Source: Octopus vulgaris
Lineage: Eukaryota
Assembly (NCBI GenBank): GCA_951406725.2
Contig: OX597838.1
Coordinates: forward strand, 1,922,001 to 1,986,000
Reading direction: 5' to 3'
Length of the DNA: 64,000 bases
Shown here: one piece after another, positions 12,656 to 24,549 of the stretch
Layout of the letters: every line of letters begins with the position of its first letter
Position numbering within the stretch: position 1 is the stretch's first letter
Translations under genes and position numbers: made by a program
Notes under the pieces: model-generated
Seen by the model: only the letters and a program-made list of their open reading frames with translations
The model's database searches: none
What the model was told of the DNA's origin: nothing

Positions 12656-12931
12656 GAAGAATCGTTTTCCAAGTTACAACAAGTGGCTGATTATTGCAAA
12701 CAATCTTTGGATAATCTTTCTGCCTACGTGTCTCAGAATGAGAAACTGACGGAGAAATGTAAAAGCTACGAAGATGAGGTTTTCTATCAAGAACTGGAAT
12801 ACCTCAATAAGCGTCACTTATGCCGGATTAATTCGATGCCACAAGAAATAAGAGAGAAATTCCTCATTCTGACCAGTGTAATCTTCAGTATACTTGCAAT
12901 ATTGCGACCGATTCAATCTGCAAGGAATTGA
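12656..12931 (+). CDS. Coding exon 2 (terminal) of the PA28/PSME3-like gene
   Basis: Long polypyrimidine tract, then CGCAG|GAAGAA acceptor, phase 0 and compatible with exon 1. EESFSKLQQVADYCKQSLDNLSAYVSQNEKLTEKCKSY...QEIREKFLIL...LRP aligns with PA28 EETVAELRTVESEAASYLDQISRYYITRAKLVSKIAKY...ELRNQYVTL...KRP. Stop TGA at 12929-12931. Confidence 0.8.
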   Translation, partial: EESFSKLQQVADYCKQSLDNLSAYVSQNEKLTEKCKSYEDEVFYQELEYLNKRHLCRINSMPQEIREKFLILTSVIFSILAILRPIQSARN

Positions 12932-13132
12932 GCTCCGTTAATTAGTTTCAATATAAGCAGTACTGTTTTTTTTTTTCATCTTCGGAATTGATTTTAATTG
13001 AAGCAATTTTTTTCTTTACTCGTTGTTTGTTAACCGTTAATGTCATAAACCCCTTCACACAGGAGACATGGATGTGAGATTTGTATTGGATTTATGGTTT
13101 GATAATTCACCTTTTAGTATCTTAGAGAGAGA

Positions 13133-13339
13133 GCGCGGCTAGCTGGCAGAATCGTTAGCACCTCGGGTATTGCGTCTGCTGCTATGTTCCGAGTTCAAAT
13201 TCCGCCGAGGTCGACTTTGTCCTTCATCCTTTCGGGGGTCGATGAATTAAGTACCAGTTGCGTACTAGGGTCGGTCTAATCGACTGGCCCCCTCCCATCA
13301 AATTTCAGCCCTTGTGCCTATAACAGAAAGGAGAATACT
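13133..13339 (+). mobile_element. tRNA-derived SINE family B (central segment resembles the Meta/MESC domain)
   Basis: AGCTGGCAGAATCGTTAGC...GAGTTCAAATTCCGCCGAGGTCGACTTTG..CTTCATCCTTTCGGGGGTCGAT...AAGTACCAG; multiple homologs in the window. Confidence 0.85.
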
Positions 13340-14449
13340 TAGCCCCCCCCCGGCTAAATACTTAGCGACATTCCCTAGAATAGTCGAAACCAATATTCTA
13401 TAGAGGGAAAGGCATAAACGTCACGCACTCATAGTCTGTTGTCCCTTCTAAGCCTCAATCAATAGAATAACGTACCAAAGAATAATTGTGTTGATATATT
13501 TACTTCTCTCCTTCCTCTTGAAGCATCATTTAAATCAATAATCTATTAATAGACAGATGTTGACAATCCTAGTTAGACCTCCCCCCCAAAACAAACACAA
13601 CTCGCTCCATCGTTTTCTAATGTTAAATTCAATGAATTCTTTGTCTTTTGTTTTTATGGATCATTCCGAGTTAAGTTGCCAATATTAACAAAAATAAAAT
13701 CTATCTCAAAATGGTGGACAGACCCGCATTATCTTCTGCTCGGTCGTTGTCCGAGGCAAAAATGAAAATCGATTTTGTTCCATAAATAAAAAAAACGCCG
13801 TAATCTTCATAAACTTTACAAGTCAATCGAGTCAGTAGGTGGGGGAGGGTCACACCAGGCGATAAGGACGGTGTACTGCAGAGCCGTCAAGAGAAAGGCC
13901 CTGAAAGAGTACGGATTTTTTTCCTGACGGCCCTTAAACCTAGTGGCGTCTGGTTTGCAGAACTTTTGAATGGCAGGGCTTTCACGGGCAAGCTGTTTGC
14001 AAGTTTCTACAATGACCTCCACTTCGTTCGATCTCCTCTTTCTAGCGGGACTTAAAATTCCGAAATGGATTTTTGCCACAAACTAAAACAATTCCCAATT
14101 TCCTTTCGTCCTCACTCTTCGCTGCTTTGTTACAATTAGAAAAATATCCGCCCTTCTTTATCAAACTTGATTTCATGCTGATGATTTAATGGGTAGATAA
14201 AATCAATAGGGGTCATATGTTGTGATTAATCTAATCGATTATAATTTGCCCACAAAAAGTCATGGCCTTGTGACATTCTTAGAAATGATGCAAAACTGGC
14301 ACAAACAGAATATAATGCTAACAGATGTAGATTTTTGAATTTCATTCTAATTTTACTCTATCTGGCAGAAAATCCCCCGTTTGAAACTGGTATAACAACC
14401 TTCAGACTTGAACACTTAACAACCAGTTTGCAAGATGCAACCAGTATTT

Positions 14450-15244
14450 AAAATATCTCAATGTCGCGCGTAAATTATTATTTTTAACTCTAATAAAAAT
14501 AACTCTCCTTGTGTGTATAGATCAGATACAGTAACCCCTCGACTATCGCAGGTGTTACATTCCAAAACTCCCACGCGATATGCCAAAATCTGCGAAGTAA
14601 AAACAAGTCTTGTAGTGTGTATTTTTTATGTTTCTATGTTTTGTATATATTTATTTTATTATAAATGCAGAATAACACCACAGAGGAATCGACGCGAATT
14701 TAAATAACGAACCGTGATATGGCGAGGGATTACCGTAGTTCTCTCCCCAAGCATGTAAATTCACTTTGAGAAATGTGTACTCATTACCTCCCCGTCTCCT
14801 TGACAGTCGCTAACAATTTCTGCTGGCGATTGACTTCTTTCGCTAAATTGCATGCAAATTTCTAATACTTTTGAGTATAATATTAGTATGCTCCAACCCG
14901 TTACCTTAATTTCCTAAATCCAGACGATGAACTGAATTAGTTTATCTCCATTAATTCATTCTTTTAATATCTCCTCTTTTTAAACTTTCAGATTCCACGC
15001 AATGTTTTGTATTTCTGATATATTTCCAAATTAAATAAAATTCAAAGCTGATATTTTAATAATTCTTCTGAGTTCGATAAAATGCTTGCGAGATCATTTC
15101 TGGTATCAATAAAGTTGTTTATATCCTTATAATACCGAAGACTTGTTCTTTGGATTAACTCGTCATATTCTTGGTTGTGTTAAAAGAATAAAACTTCTGT
15201 TACATCCTACTCAGACTTTCCTTTCAACTTTTCGCCGTTCTCAT
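14450..15244 (-). pseudogene. Decayed paralog of the PA28-like gene (stops and frameshifts, interrupted by a MITE)
   Basis: Manual minus-strand translation from ATG 15244 gives colinear blocks: MRTAKS*KESL vs MNARVSLKRSL; NLEIYQKYKTLRGI vs SNEITTKYAQLKPI; EILKE*IN vs SLIRSWVT; NLAKEVNRQQKLLATVK vs NLSAYVSQNEKLTEKCK. The upstream motif GCGGTTGG starts 57 nt before the ATG in both copies. The 3' boundary is uncertain. Confidence 0.6.
14529..14735. mobile_element. Tc1/mariner-pogo (Tigger-like) MITE with TA target-site duplication
   Basis: TA|CAGTAACCCCTCGAC...GGCGAGGGATTACCG|TA; imperfect TIRs of ~24 bp. Confidence 0.75.
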
Positions 15245-15500
15245 TTTATATTTTTTCAAAGTCAATAACTGAAGATATTGCGAGTGAGAGGTTCCAACCG
15301 CCGTCGCAGCCAAACAAATCAACAAACCTCGACTCACAAGAAATATTTCTTTTCCCGCCCTTCTCCCCCCTCTCTCTCTCTTTCTTTCTCTCTCTGTGTT
15401 TACCAGTCTGTTTCTCTCATTTTTCTCACTCTCTCAGTTTACCAGTCTGTAACTCTCTTATTTTTTCTCATTTTTCTCTCTCCACTGCCCACTTCTCTCT

Positions 15501-15539
<39 letters not shown>

Positions 15540-16101
15540 CTCGTCTTTTCCCCCAGTAAGAAAAAAAAAATCAAACTCTTTGTTATCACAGAACCTGTCA
15601 TGGCTTGAATATCCGAAATGAAGACAGAACATTCTTAGAAAGCTTTTAATATTCTCGAAACATCTGACTGTATTGAACAACCCATCAGTCTCTGATGCTC
15701 TTTCCTCTTCTTTAACCCCCCCCTTCTCTTGCTGACAACGATCAATACAATCTAAAGTGATTTCCATATACTAAATCTAAAACCCGCTCTTTTCACAAAC
15801 AACAATAATAATAATAATATTAGCCACAGGGGCGCGTCGATGTAATATAATGAAATGGTAAAAGCTGTGGTGTAAAATGGACAAATATTAGAAAAAATGA
15901 GCGGGGAAGGGTTAGAATATATTATTATACGTAATATAATTGAACGCATAAAAAACAATTATCTAAAAAATGCACATTTCTACATAGAAAAAGAAAATTT
16001 AATGTGTAATATAAGGAAAATAATTAAAACCAAATAAATTATAGAAATAACTAAGTTATGGTTATGTCTAAATAATTCTGATTACATGAATAATGTAGTA
16101 T

Positions 16102-16460
16102 AAGCGTATTTGTGGTTGTTTTAAGAAGCTTGCTTCCCAACCACATGGTTCCGGGTTCGGTCCCACTGCGTGACACCTTTCTGCAAGTGTCTTCTGCTAT
16201 AGCTTCGAGCGGAACAAAGCCTTGTGAGTGGAATTGATACGCAGAAACTGGAAGAAGCCCGTCGTGTGTGTGTGTGTGTGTGTGTTTATCCTCCCACTAT
16301 CGTTTGACAACCGATGTTGACGTATTTTCGTCACTTTAGGGGTTCAGCAAAAGTGACCGAAATAATAAGTACTAGGTTTACAAAGGAGTCCTAGGATCGA
16401 TTTCTTCGACTAAAAAATTCCCTTAAGCCGGTGCTCTAGCATGGCCGCAGTCAAAAGAAT
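16102..16460 (+). mobile_element. SINE family A
   Basis: CCAACCACATGGTTCCGGGTTCGGTCCCACTGCG ... GCATGGCCGCAGTCAAA. Confidence 0.85.
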
Positions 16461-16479
16461 AGTACTCCACATTTCTGAT

Positions 16480-17000
16480 GGGAGGTACCACGATGAAATT
16501 ATTGATCATGTTACCCCCAATCCTTCTTTCATTTTTGAAGATTCTAGAATCTTCCGTGATGGACCTCTTCGACAAGAGAGGGACTCCGTTCTCTGTGGTT
16601 TTGGCATGCTTCACTTCTTAATAGGAAACTAATACCCCTTACTTTTTAATCTTGTTTGAAATAGGACCTAGTTCTCTTCACGATCCCTAATTTCTCTGGA
16701 AGTTCTTCGTGTTTCAGATTTTGTTTGACCGTGGTCAATCTTGCTATGAACTGTGAATTTCCTTTCGCTGAGGGAAGAGACTGGTTTCTCCTAATAAGAT
16801 ATTGTTTCCCTTTCACAGGAGTTCTTACTCAGTGGAGAGAGTATCCTGTTCACTACTGTACCCTTCCGTGTGCTTTTGTATTGCGAGTGTCGACCGATGT
16901 CCGGAGTAAAACTGAGTTGACGGAAAAAAAACTGTGTAGAAGCCCCTTGACCAAACTTTTATTTTGCATGTCCCGCCTCGTCATAGTGTTTCTACCTGAG
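16480..17000 (-). mobile_element. Possible CR1-like LINE 3' remnant
   Basis: ERRIGGNMI resembles the CR1 ORF2 motif RR.RGD(M/L)I; otherwise strongly decayed. Confidence 0.3.
16536..16555. promoter_or_regulatory. Perfect four-unit heat-shock-element match within an 18-bp palindrome
   Basis: tGAAgaTTCtaGAAtcTTCc; the motif match is seen directly, function is not shown. Confidence 0.3.
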
Positions 17001-18353
17001 AATCACGCCAACGATACATGACTGTGCTGCGGAATACTCGGCTACTTCTAAAGTTCCTCGTTTGCAAAACAATAAAAAAAAAAAACTTTCAGTTTGTGAA
17101 ATCTGGCAATAATCCAATACCCTCGGAGGAGCTTGATATCACGCCCGCACATGCTAACACACACGCACACACGCACTCAGTAATAATAATAATAACAATA
17201 ATAATAATGATAATAAATTGTTTTCCATTGACTGGAAGGCTGAGTTAATGAAACTCAGAAAGATTTGGCCAACCATAAGTGGTTGTTTGGTTTAGAAACT
17301 GAAAAAAAATATCGAGACATATGTTCAGTCATGAGAATATTGGAGTCAAAGGGGGGGGGGGTGTAGGGGTATATATATATATGTGTGTATATATTGTTGG
17401 TTCTTTCGCTCTATTTTACTATATATATGTGTGTGTGTATGTATCTGTATGAATTTGTTTATTGTCTCTCTGTAATATGTGTGAGGGTGTATATGTGCGC
17501 CGGTGCATAAGGGTGTGTGCCTTCGCACAAACTGCGCTGTACACGCGACCCCCGGCCACCCGACGTCTAACCTACCTCAATCGCCGCAACTATCGGTAGC
17601 ACCACATCAAATTAAATAAACACTCACAGAGGTTCGCAGCCCCCGACCCTCAAACAGATGCACAAGAATACCATTAACTACTGCCACCAGCTCCAGCACC
17701 ACCACGACCACCACCACCACCACAACCACCACCACCACCACAACCACAACCACCACCACCACCACCACCACCTCCTCCATTGGTAACACCGCCATCTTCG
17801 TCTCAGTCGATCTCGTGTGTAGCATCACCTTCATTATCGCACACCATGTTGCAGAACAACAACAACAACAACACCAGCAACAACAACATGACGCCACCCC
17901 ATCCCCCGACCACCCACTTCTCCCTTCAACATGATTCTCCACCTATTGTGTTGCTTAAAACAGTTTACATTGACTATTTGAAATTCCAGCGTATTTATCA
18001 CTCATGTATCTGTGTGTGTGTGTGTGTCTGTGTGTGTGTGTATGGAATTAGACATACGTACGTACATACATGCATACATAAAGATATATATATATATATA
18101 TATATATGTATAAAGATATATATATTTCTATACACACACACACACACATATATAGATATATACACAAATATGTATATATTATATATATATATACACATAT
18201 ATATACACACACATATACATGTATATATATTCCCAAATGTATACTTGTATGTATATATATGTATATGTGTGTATGCACATTTGCAAAGTTATGTATTTAT
18301 ATTTGCATATATATAATATATACAAATATGGAAATGTGTACATACACACACAC

Positions 18354-18402
<49 letters not shown>

Positions 18403-18412
18403 GGTATATGTA

Positions 18413-18459
<47 letters not shown>

Positions 18460-18778
18460 GAGTGTGTGTGTATACAGACGACGTGTGTGTATGAATGTGT
18501 GCGCGTGCGTGCTGTGTTCCTCGCGTATCTTCCCAGTCTCCTAGAAATGTTCCTCTCTCCTATTTAACGTGCCATCAACTTAACCAAGTTTACCAAACAT
18601 TGGTAATTTCTGCCTCAGTAATTCCAATACAAACCACTCCAGATATTTCTTCCCAATTCTCTTCTAAATTTACCTTTAAAAATAAAAGAACATCAACATT
18701 TCTATTGAATTGTATTGTTTGGAAATGTGCACCAATAAATTTTAATGATAGATAGACGCATACATATAACAACACAAA

Positions 18779-18840
<62 letters not shown>

Positions 18841-19217
18841 TACATACAAATGTGTGTGTGTGTTGTATGTTTTGGTGGGTTTTATTTTCCTGGTTTTATT
18901 TTCGAAAAATTCTCACCAATAAAGGAAGAACCGGTTTCCAAACAAGAAACAAAAACAAGAGTCTTTCAATGGAATTTTAACAACTTCAATCAGGTGTGTG
19001 TGTATGTGTGTGTGTGTGTGTGTATGTGTGTTTGTGTGTGTGTGTATGTGTGTGTGTGTGCGTTTGTGTGCATGGCTGGATGGGTAGGTGGATGGATGTG
19101 TGTGAATATATACGTATGTGTTTGTATCTTTGTATCTTTATATGTGGTTATGTATGTGTACATATACGCATTTCCTTAGACGTTTATGTGTGTTTCTCTG
19201 ATGTATGCACACTATCA

Positions 19218-19570
<353 letters not shown>

Positions 19571-19857
19571 ACTATATATTTCCAGGGGGTATATATGTGC
19601 TTCTGTATGCTTATATTTATTTAAATGCTAAACTTTTGACTTTTATATATTTTCAGTTCCAATATTTGCCTGTAATGATGATATTATAAAAAATCATTGG
19701 TTAATTAATTAATTACAGTATCTACACATTCCTCATTAATTAGCCGTCCGATATTCCTGCCTGGCTTATCTTTAGGTAACCTGGGCAACATTTTTTCCTG
19801 CATAGCAGTAAAATATGTTTCCACTGCTGTCTTTAAATATTAATGATCTTTGCCAGT

Positions 19858-20074
19858 AATATTCTTTTTTAATCTAAGCCCAAGGCCCGGAATTTTTCGG
19901 GAGAGGGCCAGTCGATTAGATCGACCTCAACACGCAGCTGGTACTTAATTTATCTACACCGATAGGATGGAAGGCAAAGTCGACCTTGGTAGCATTTGAA
20001 CTCAGAACGTAAAGACAAACGAAATAGCGCCAAGCATTTCGCCTGGCGCGCTAACGTTTCTGCCAGCTCGCCAC
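19858..20074 (-). mobile_element. SINE family B
   Basis: GGCCAGTCGATTAGATCGACC...TTTGAACTCAGAACG...TCTGCCAGCTCGCC. Confidence 0.85.
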
Positions 20075-20429
20075 CTTTTCCCAGTAATATTGCACCTGTG
20101 TTCTATCATATTATATTTAAATATAACATTGCACCCTATTCTGACCTTCATTTTCAGGTACCGTATTGTATCTAATGTTTTGGCCAAAATATTTCTGCGT
20201 CACTTTCTACAGTAGCTTTTTTTTTTTTTTCCTATCATTTCCTGTCCCTGACAAGTAATAATGCGTTGTGTCTAAAGTTTTGCTATCTTTCGGTAACTTA
20301 TTTGCTTTATTCATCAAGCTACAACAAAAGCAGCCTAGCCTTCAAATCGGAGGCCATCGGGTTGCGCTGTATGAAGCGGCCACCTTTCTGTCAGTTCTTT
20401 CATCCCCAACGGAGACCAATTTTTGTCTT

Positions 20430-20720
20430 TCGTGGCACAGGACTCCTTCACTGAATATTCCATCTCCTCCTCGTTGACGAAGCATTATGAATCACAGGAA
20501 GTGAGCCATAGATTAGAACCAGCAGAAGGATTCTTCGCCTCGGAAAACAAGAACTGGTATCACCGTGGTATCAAAGAACTGGCAGAAAGATGGCTTTCGA
20601 CAGTGCAGCAGGATGGCCTCTACTTGGAAGGCTAGACTGCTTGTGTTGTATCTTGACAAATAAACAAAATAATACACCGAACGTTGGAAATCTTTTCACT
20701 CAACGAAATATAATATTTAT
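20430..20720 (+). mobile_element. Mariner transposase C-terminal remnant
   Basis: FFASENKNWYHRGIKELAERWLSTVQQDGLYLE matches the mariner C-terminal pattern FF.SK...Y..GI..L.ERW..V....G.Y. Confidence 0.7.
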
Positions 20721-21633
20721 TGGTTCTCTCTGTGACTACCATCCTCAAATCCTGGTAACATGACTGTACAAAACGTTATGATAACAGGATCATTGTCTAT
20801 ATGGATGTCAGGGTTGGATTGCTTGTGGATGGTCGTGCACATCGTATTAACAATAACATCATGGTCGCTATAGTAAGTGGTCGCTTGATGGTATACTTTA
20901 GTGCTAGTTGCTGATCCTGTGTAAAATCTTCAACAGATGTGTTACAAAATCGACATTTACGGATGCGTTTTGAGGCTTTCATTGTCGCAGGAGGAATAAC
21001 ATCCGTGTTTCGTGGTCTGCTACCACAACAGCTCCTTTATAGGATCCAGTTAGCTCAAGACGTCATCAGGAGGAACTACGTCCGGTTTTGGCCCCTATTC
21101 CTCTACCGTTTTGACGTGGCGGGGCCCCCCTTTCGGAGGTGTCTTCAGCTCTTGTGTTGGGTGCATGTCTTCTTTCTTCTTCTTTCTTCTGTTCCCTGAT
21201 GCGTCTTGAGACTTGAGGCTTTCATTGCCTCATTTATTCCTTATATATTTCTTCGATTTCAAAATTACGACCTTCGAACTGTGACGAGATGTAACGTTCA
21301 CGTGCCCAAGAGAGGTTATACGTCATCTTCACAATTGCTTGTCCTTCAATTTTAACGAGAGCACATCCATACATAACGGTTTTGTGGTACGCTAGTCCCA
21401 CACGTCTGGGTTTGTGTGGGAGATCAGAAAGTGTGCACGCGATCGTGTGTGCATGCGATTTAATGCTATTACAGTTACTCGCTAATTCGATCTCCTCTGA
21501 TGATATTTTCAAACTGGTTTAAATCGCAATTATTCTTCGTATGTCGATCGTTTTCATTGGCTGGTTTCTAAAATAAAACTTACCAACGGAGGTACTTTTT
21601 TGAATATATTTGTGTTGCTGTTGTTGGTTTACT

Positions 21634-21724
21634 ATTTTACTTGTTTCAGTCATTTGACTGCGGCCATGCTGGAGCACCGCCTTTAGTCGAAGAAATCGCC
21701 CCCAGGACTTATTCTTTGTAAGCA
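21634..21724 (-). mobile_element. SINE family A, 3' fragment
   Basis: Near-identical to 22291-22380. Confidence 0.85.
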
Positions 21725-21914
21725 CATTATCGTCAATATCATTTCTAGCAACGTCATTTACTGCATCTCCTGCTCATTCTGCCCTTCTCTGTACACCTGT
21801 TGAAGAGCGTAGCCTCGAAACGTAAAAGATTTTCTCACCTTCCCGAGCATCAAACTAATACACCTGCTTGTTGTTTATACACCTGTCTTCGTCTTTTGTT
21901 TTTCTGTAAATTTC

Positions 21915-21920
<6 letters not shown>
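21725..21920 (+). mobile_element. Related Penelope-like terminal fragment with hammerhead motif (21797-21829)
   Basis: CTGTTGAAGAGCGTAGCCTCGAAACGTAAAAGA, followed by ACTAATACA...CACCTGTCTTCGTCTTTTGTT homologous to the 3013/3581 repeats, ending in (TA)n. Confidence 0.65.
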
Positions 21921-21968
<48 letters not shown>

Positions 21969-21970
21969 AT

Positions 21971-22265
21971 GGAGGTGCAATGGCCCAGTGGTTAGGGCAG
22001 GGGACTCGCGGTTTCGATTCCCAACCCGGGCGTTGTGAGTGTTTATTGAGCGAAAACACCTAAAGCTCCACGTAGCTCCGGCAGCGGGTGGTGGCGATCC
22101 CTGCTGTACTCTTTCGCCACAACTTTATCTCACTCTTTCTTCTTTTGACCTGCTCGCTAAGCCAGTGGGGTGGCGTCAATTGAAGGCTAAAACAATGCGA
22201 AGCGCATTGTGACCAGCGATGTGTAGCAATATCTGATAGCTTGGTCGGTCACGGTGATGACGGTG
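21971..22265 (+). mobile_element. tRNA-derived SINE family C (tail variant 1)
   Basis: GGAGGTGCAATGGCCCAGTGGTTAGGG...GGTTTCGATTCCC (A/B boxes), body CCTAAAGCTCCACG...CCACAACTTT, ending GGTGATGACGG. Confidence 0.8.
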
Positions 22266-22288
22266 ATATATATATATATATATATATA

Positions 22289-22818
<530 letters not shown>

Positions 22819-22952
22819 ATGTATACACACAAATATATATACATGTAATATATGTGGATACATGCAAGTGTATTTACACATACATATGTATTTATAATCT
22901 ATTGACAATCCAAGAATATTCATGCTGCTGGCAATGTCTTATCTGCGACAAT

Positions 22953-23010
<58 letters not shown>

Positions 23011-23355
23011 AGAAACGATGGCGAGAATGCTTCTTTCGTTTAACGTTTAACTGCCAACCAATTCCGCGATTATGATAAATGAGAGCTGATTGTAAAAGGT
23101 TATGGCTCTTATTAGTTGAGTAAATTCCCCGAATGAGAATTTCTTGAACCAAGACAATTTCCTAAGGATCACCAGGGAATTAATTACTTAATAATAATTT
23201 TGTTTTACGTGGTTTTTCTATGTGTTTTTTTTTGTGTATTTGTTTTTGTGTTTGTTCTGTATTCAACAATCAAAGACTTCATTATGGTCGGCGGTGTTTT
23301 GCTCATTGATGTCGGTACTGAGACGCTATTGATCAGTGTCAGCTCCGATAATTTA

Positions 23356-24152
23356 CAAACACACACACACACACACTTGCACACTCACATACACACTTAC
23401 ATACACACAGACACAGGTACACACAACTCACACATACACACAGACAGACATACATGCACACTCACATACACACAGAATACACACACAACACACACTCACA
23501 TACACGCACAAACACACACACATACACACATACACACAAACACACACAGACACACAGACACACAACAACACACGCATACACATATACCCACACACAACGC
23601 ACACGCACATACAGCACGCACGCACACACAACACACACACACTCACAACGCACATACACACACATAAACACAACAAACACACAGACATAAATACACACAC
23701 ACAAACAAACCGCTCCTCACATACACACACCCACACATACACAACCACGCATGCTTACATATACACATATACCAGACTCAAACTTACACTCGCACGCTGA
23801 CACACTCAAAGACATCCACACATACACACACATATGCATGCACGCAACTACATACACACGTGAAATCACAAAATCCTTCGCATATGCGTTCGCACGTAGG
23901 CACACACAATGACACAATAGACGCTCACACAAACATACTCACACAGATATGCAACCAGATTAACACATGCACACACGCACATATACACAGAAAAATACAC
24001 ACACACATACACACACACATATATACACACACAGACACACACAGACACAGAGGTATACAGACATGCACAAACATAGAAGGAAGCACGCAGGCTCACACAC
24101 ACAAACACACATACACACACGTAAGTACGCACACGACACACAGACAAACACA
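23356..24152. repeat. Long degenerate (CA)n array
   Basis: Direct inspection. Confidence 0.9.
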
Positions 24153-24222
24153 CTCCATCGCCATTGCTTTACTCTAGTTGCTGTTGTTATTGTTGCTGTT
24201 GTTGTACTTAAAGAATGTGGTT

Positions 24223-24260
<38 letters not shown>

Positions 24261-24549
24261 AACGATAGTAGTGATACTAGTGTACATGTATGTCTGTTCT
24301 GATGTTGGAACGTATGAAAGTGTATATGTATGTATACATGTACACATGTATGTGTGTGCAGATGTACTTATTTACATAAGAATGTTCGTTATATTAATGT
24401 ATGTAGGAATGTATGTCAATTAACTGGAAGTGAGCTTAAGAATAACAGCTGAACACTCACTGAACGACTGTTGAAAGTAGAGGGAAATTTATAGCTTTAC
24501 AAGGAAGTTGAAATCAAAACGAATGCCATTATATATATATACATAATTT

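Noticed and set aside
15468-15767. 99-aa minus-strand ORF MEITLDCIDRCQQ...
   Set aside because: No recognisable homology, runs into (GA)n, and has no convincing donor site.
21971-22030. tRNA-like A/B boxes here and in other SINE heads
   Set aside because: They continue into SINE bodies and lack a full cloverleaf; not tRNA genes.
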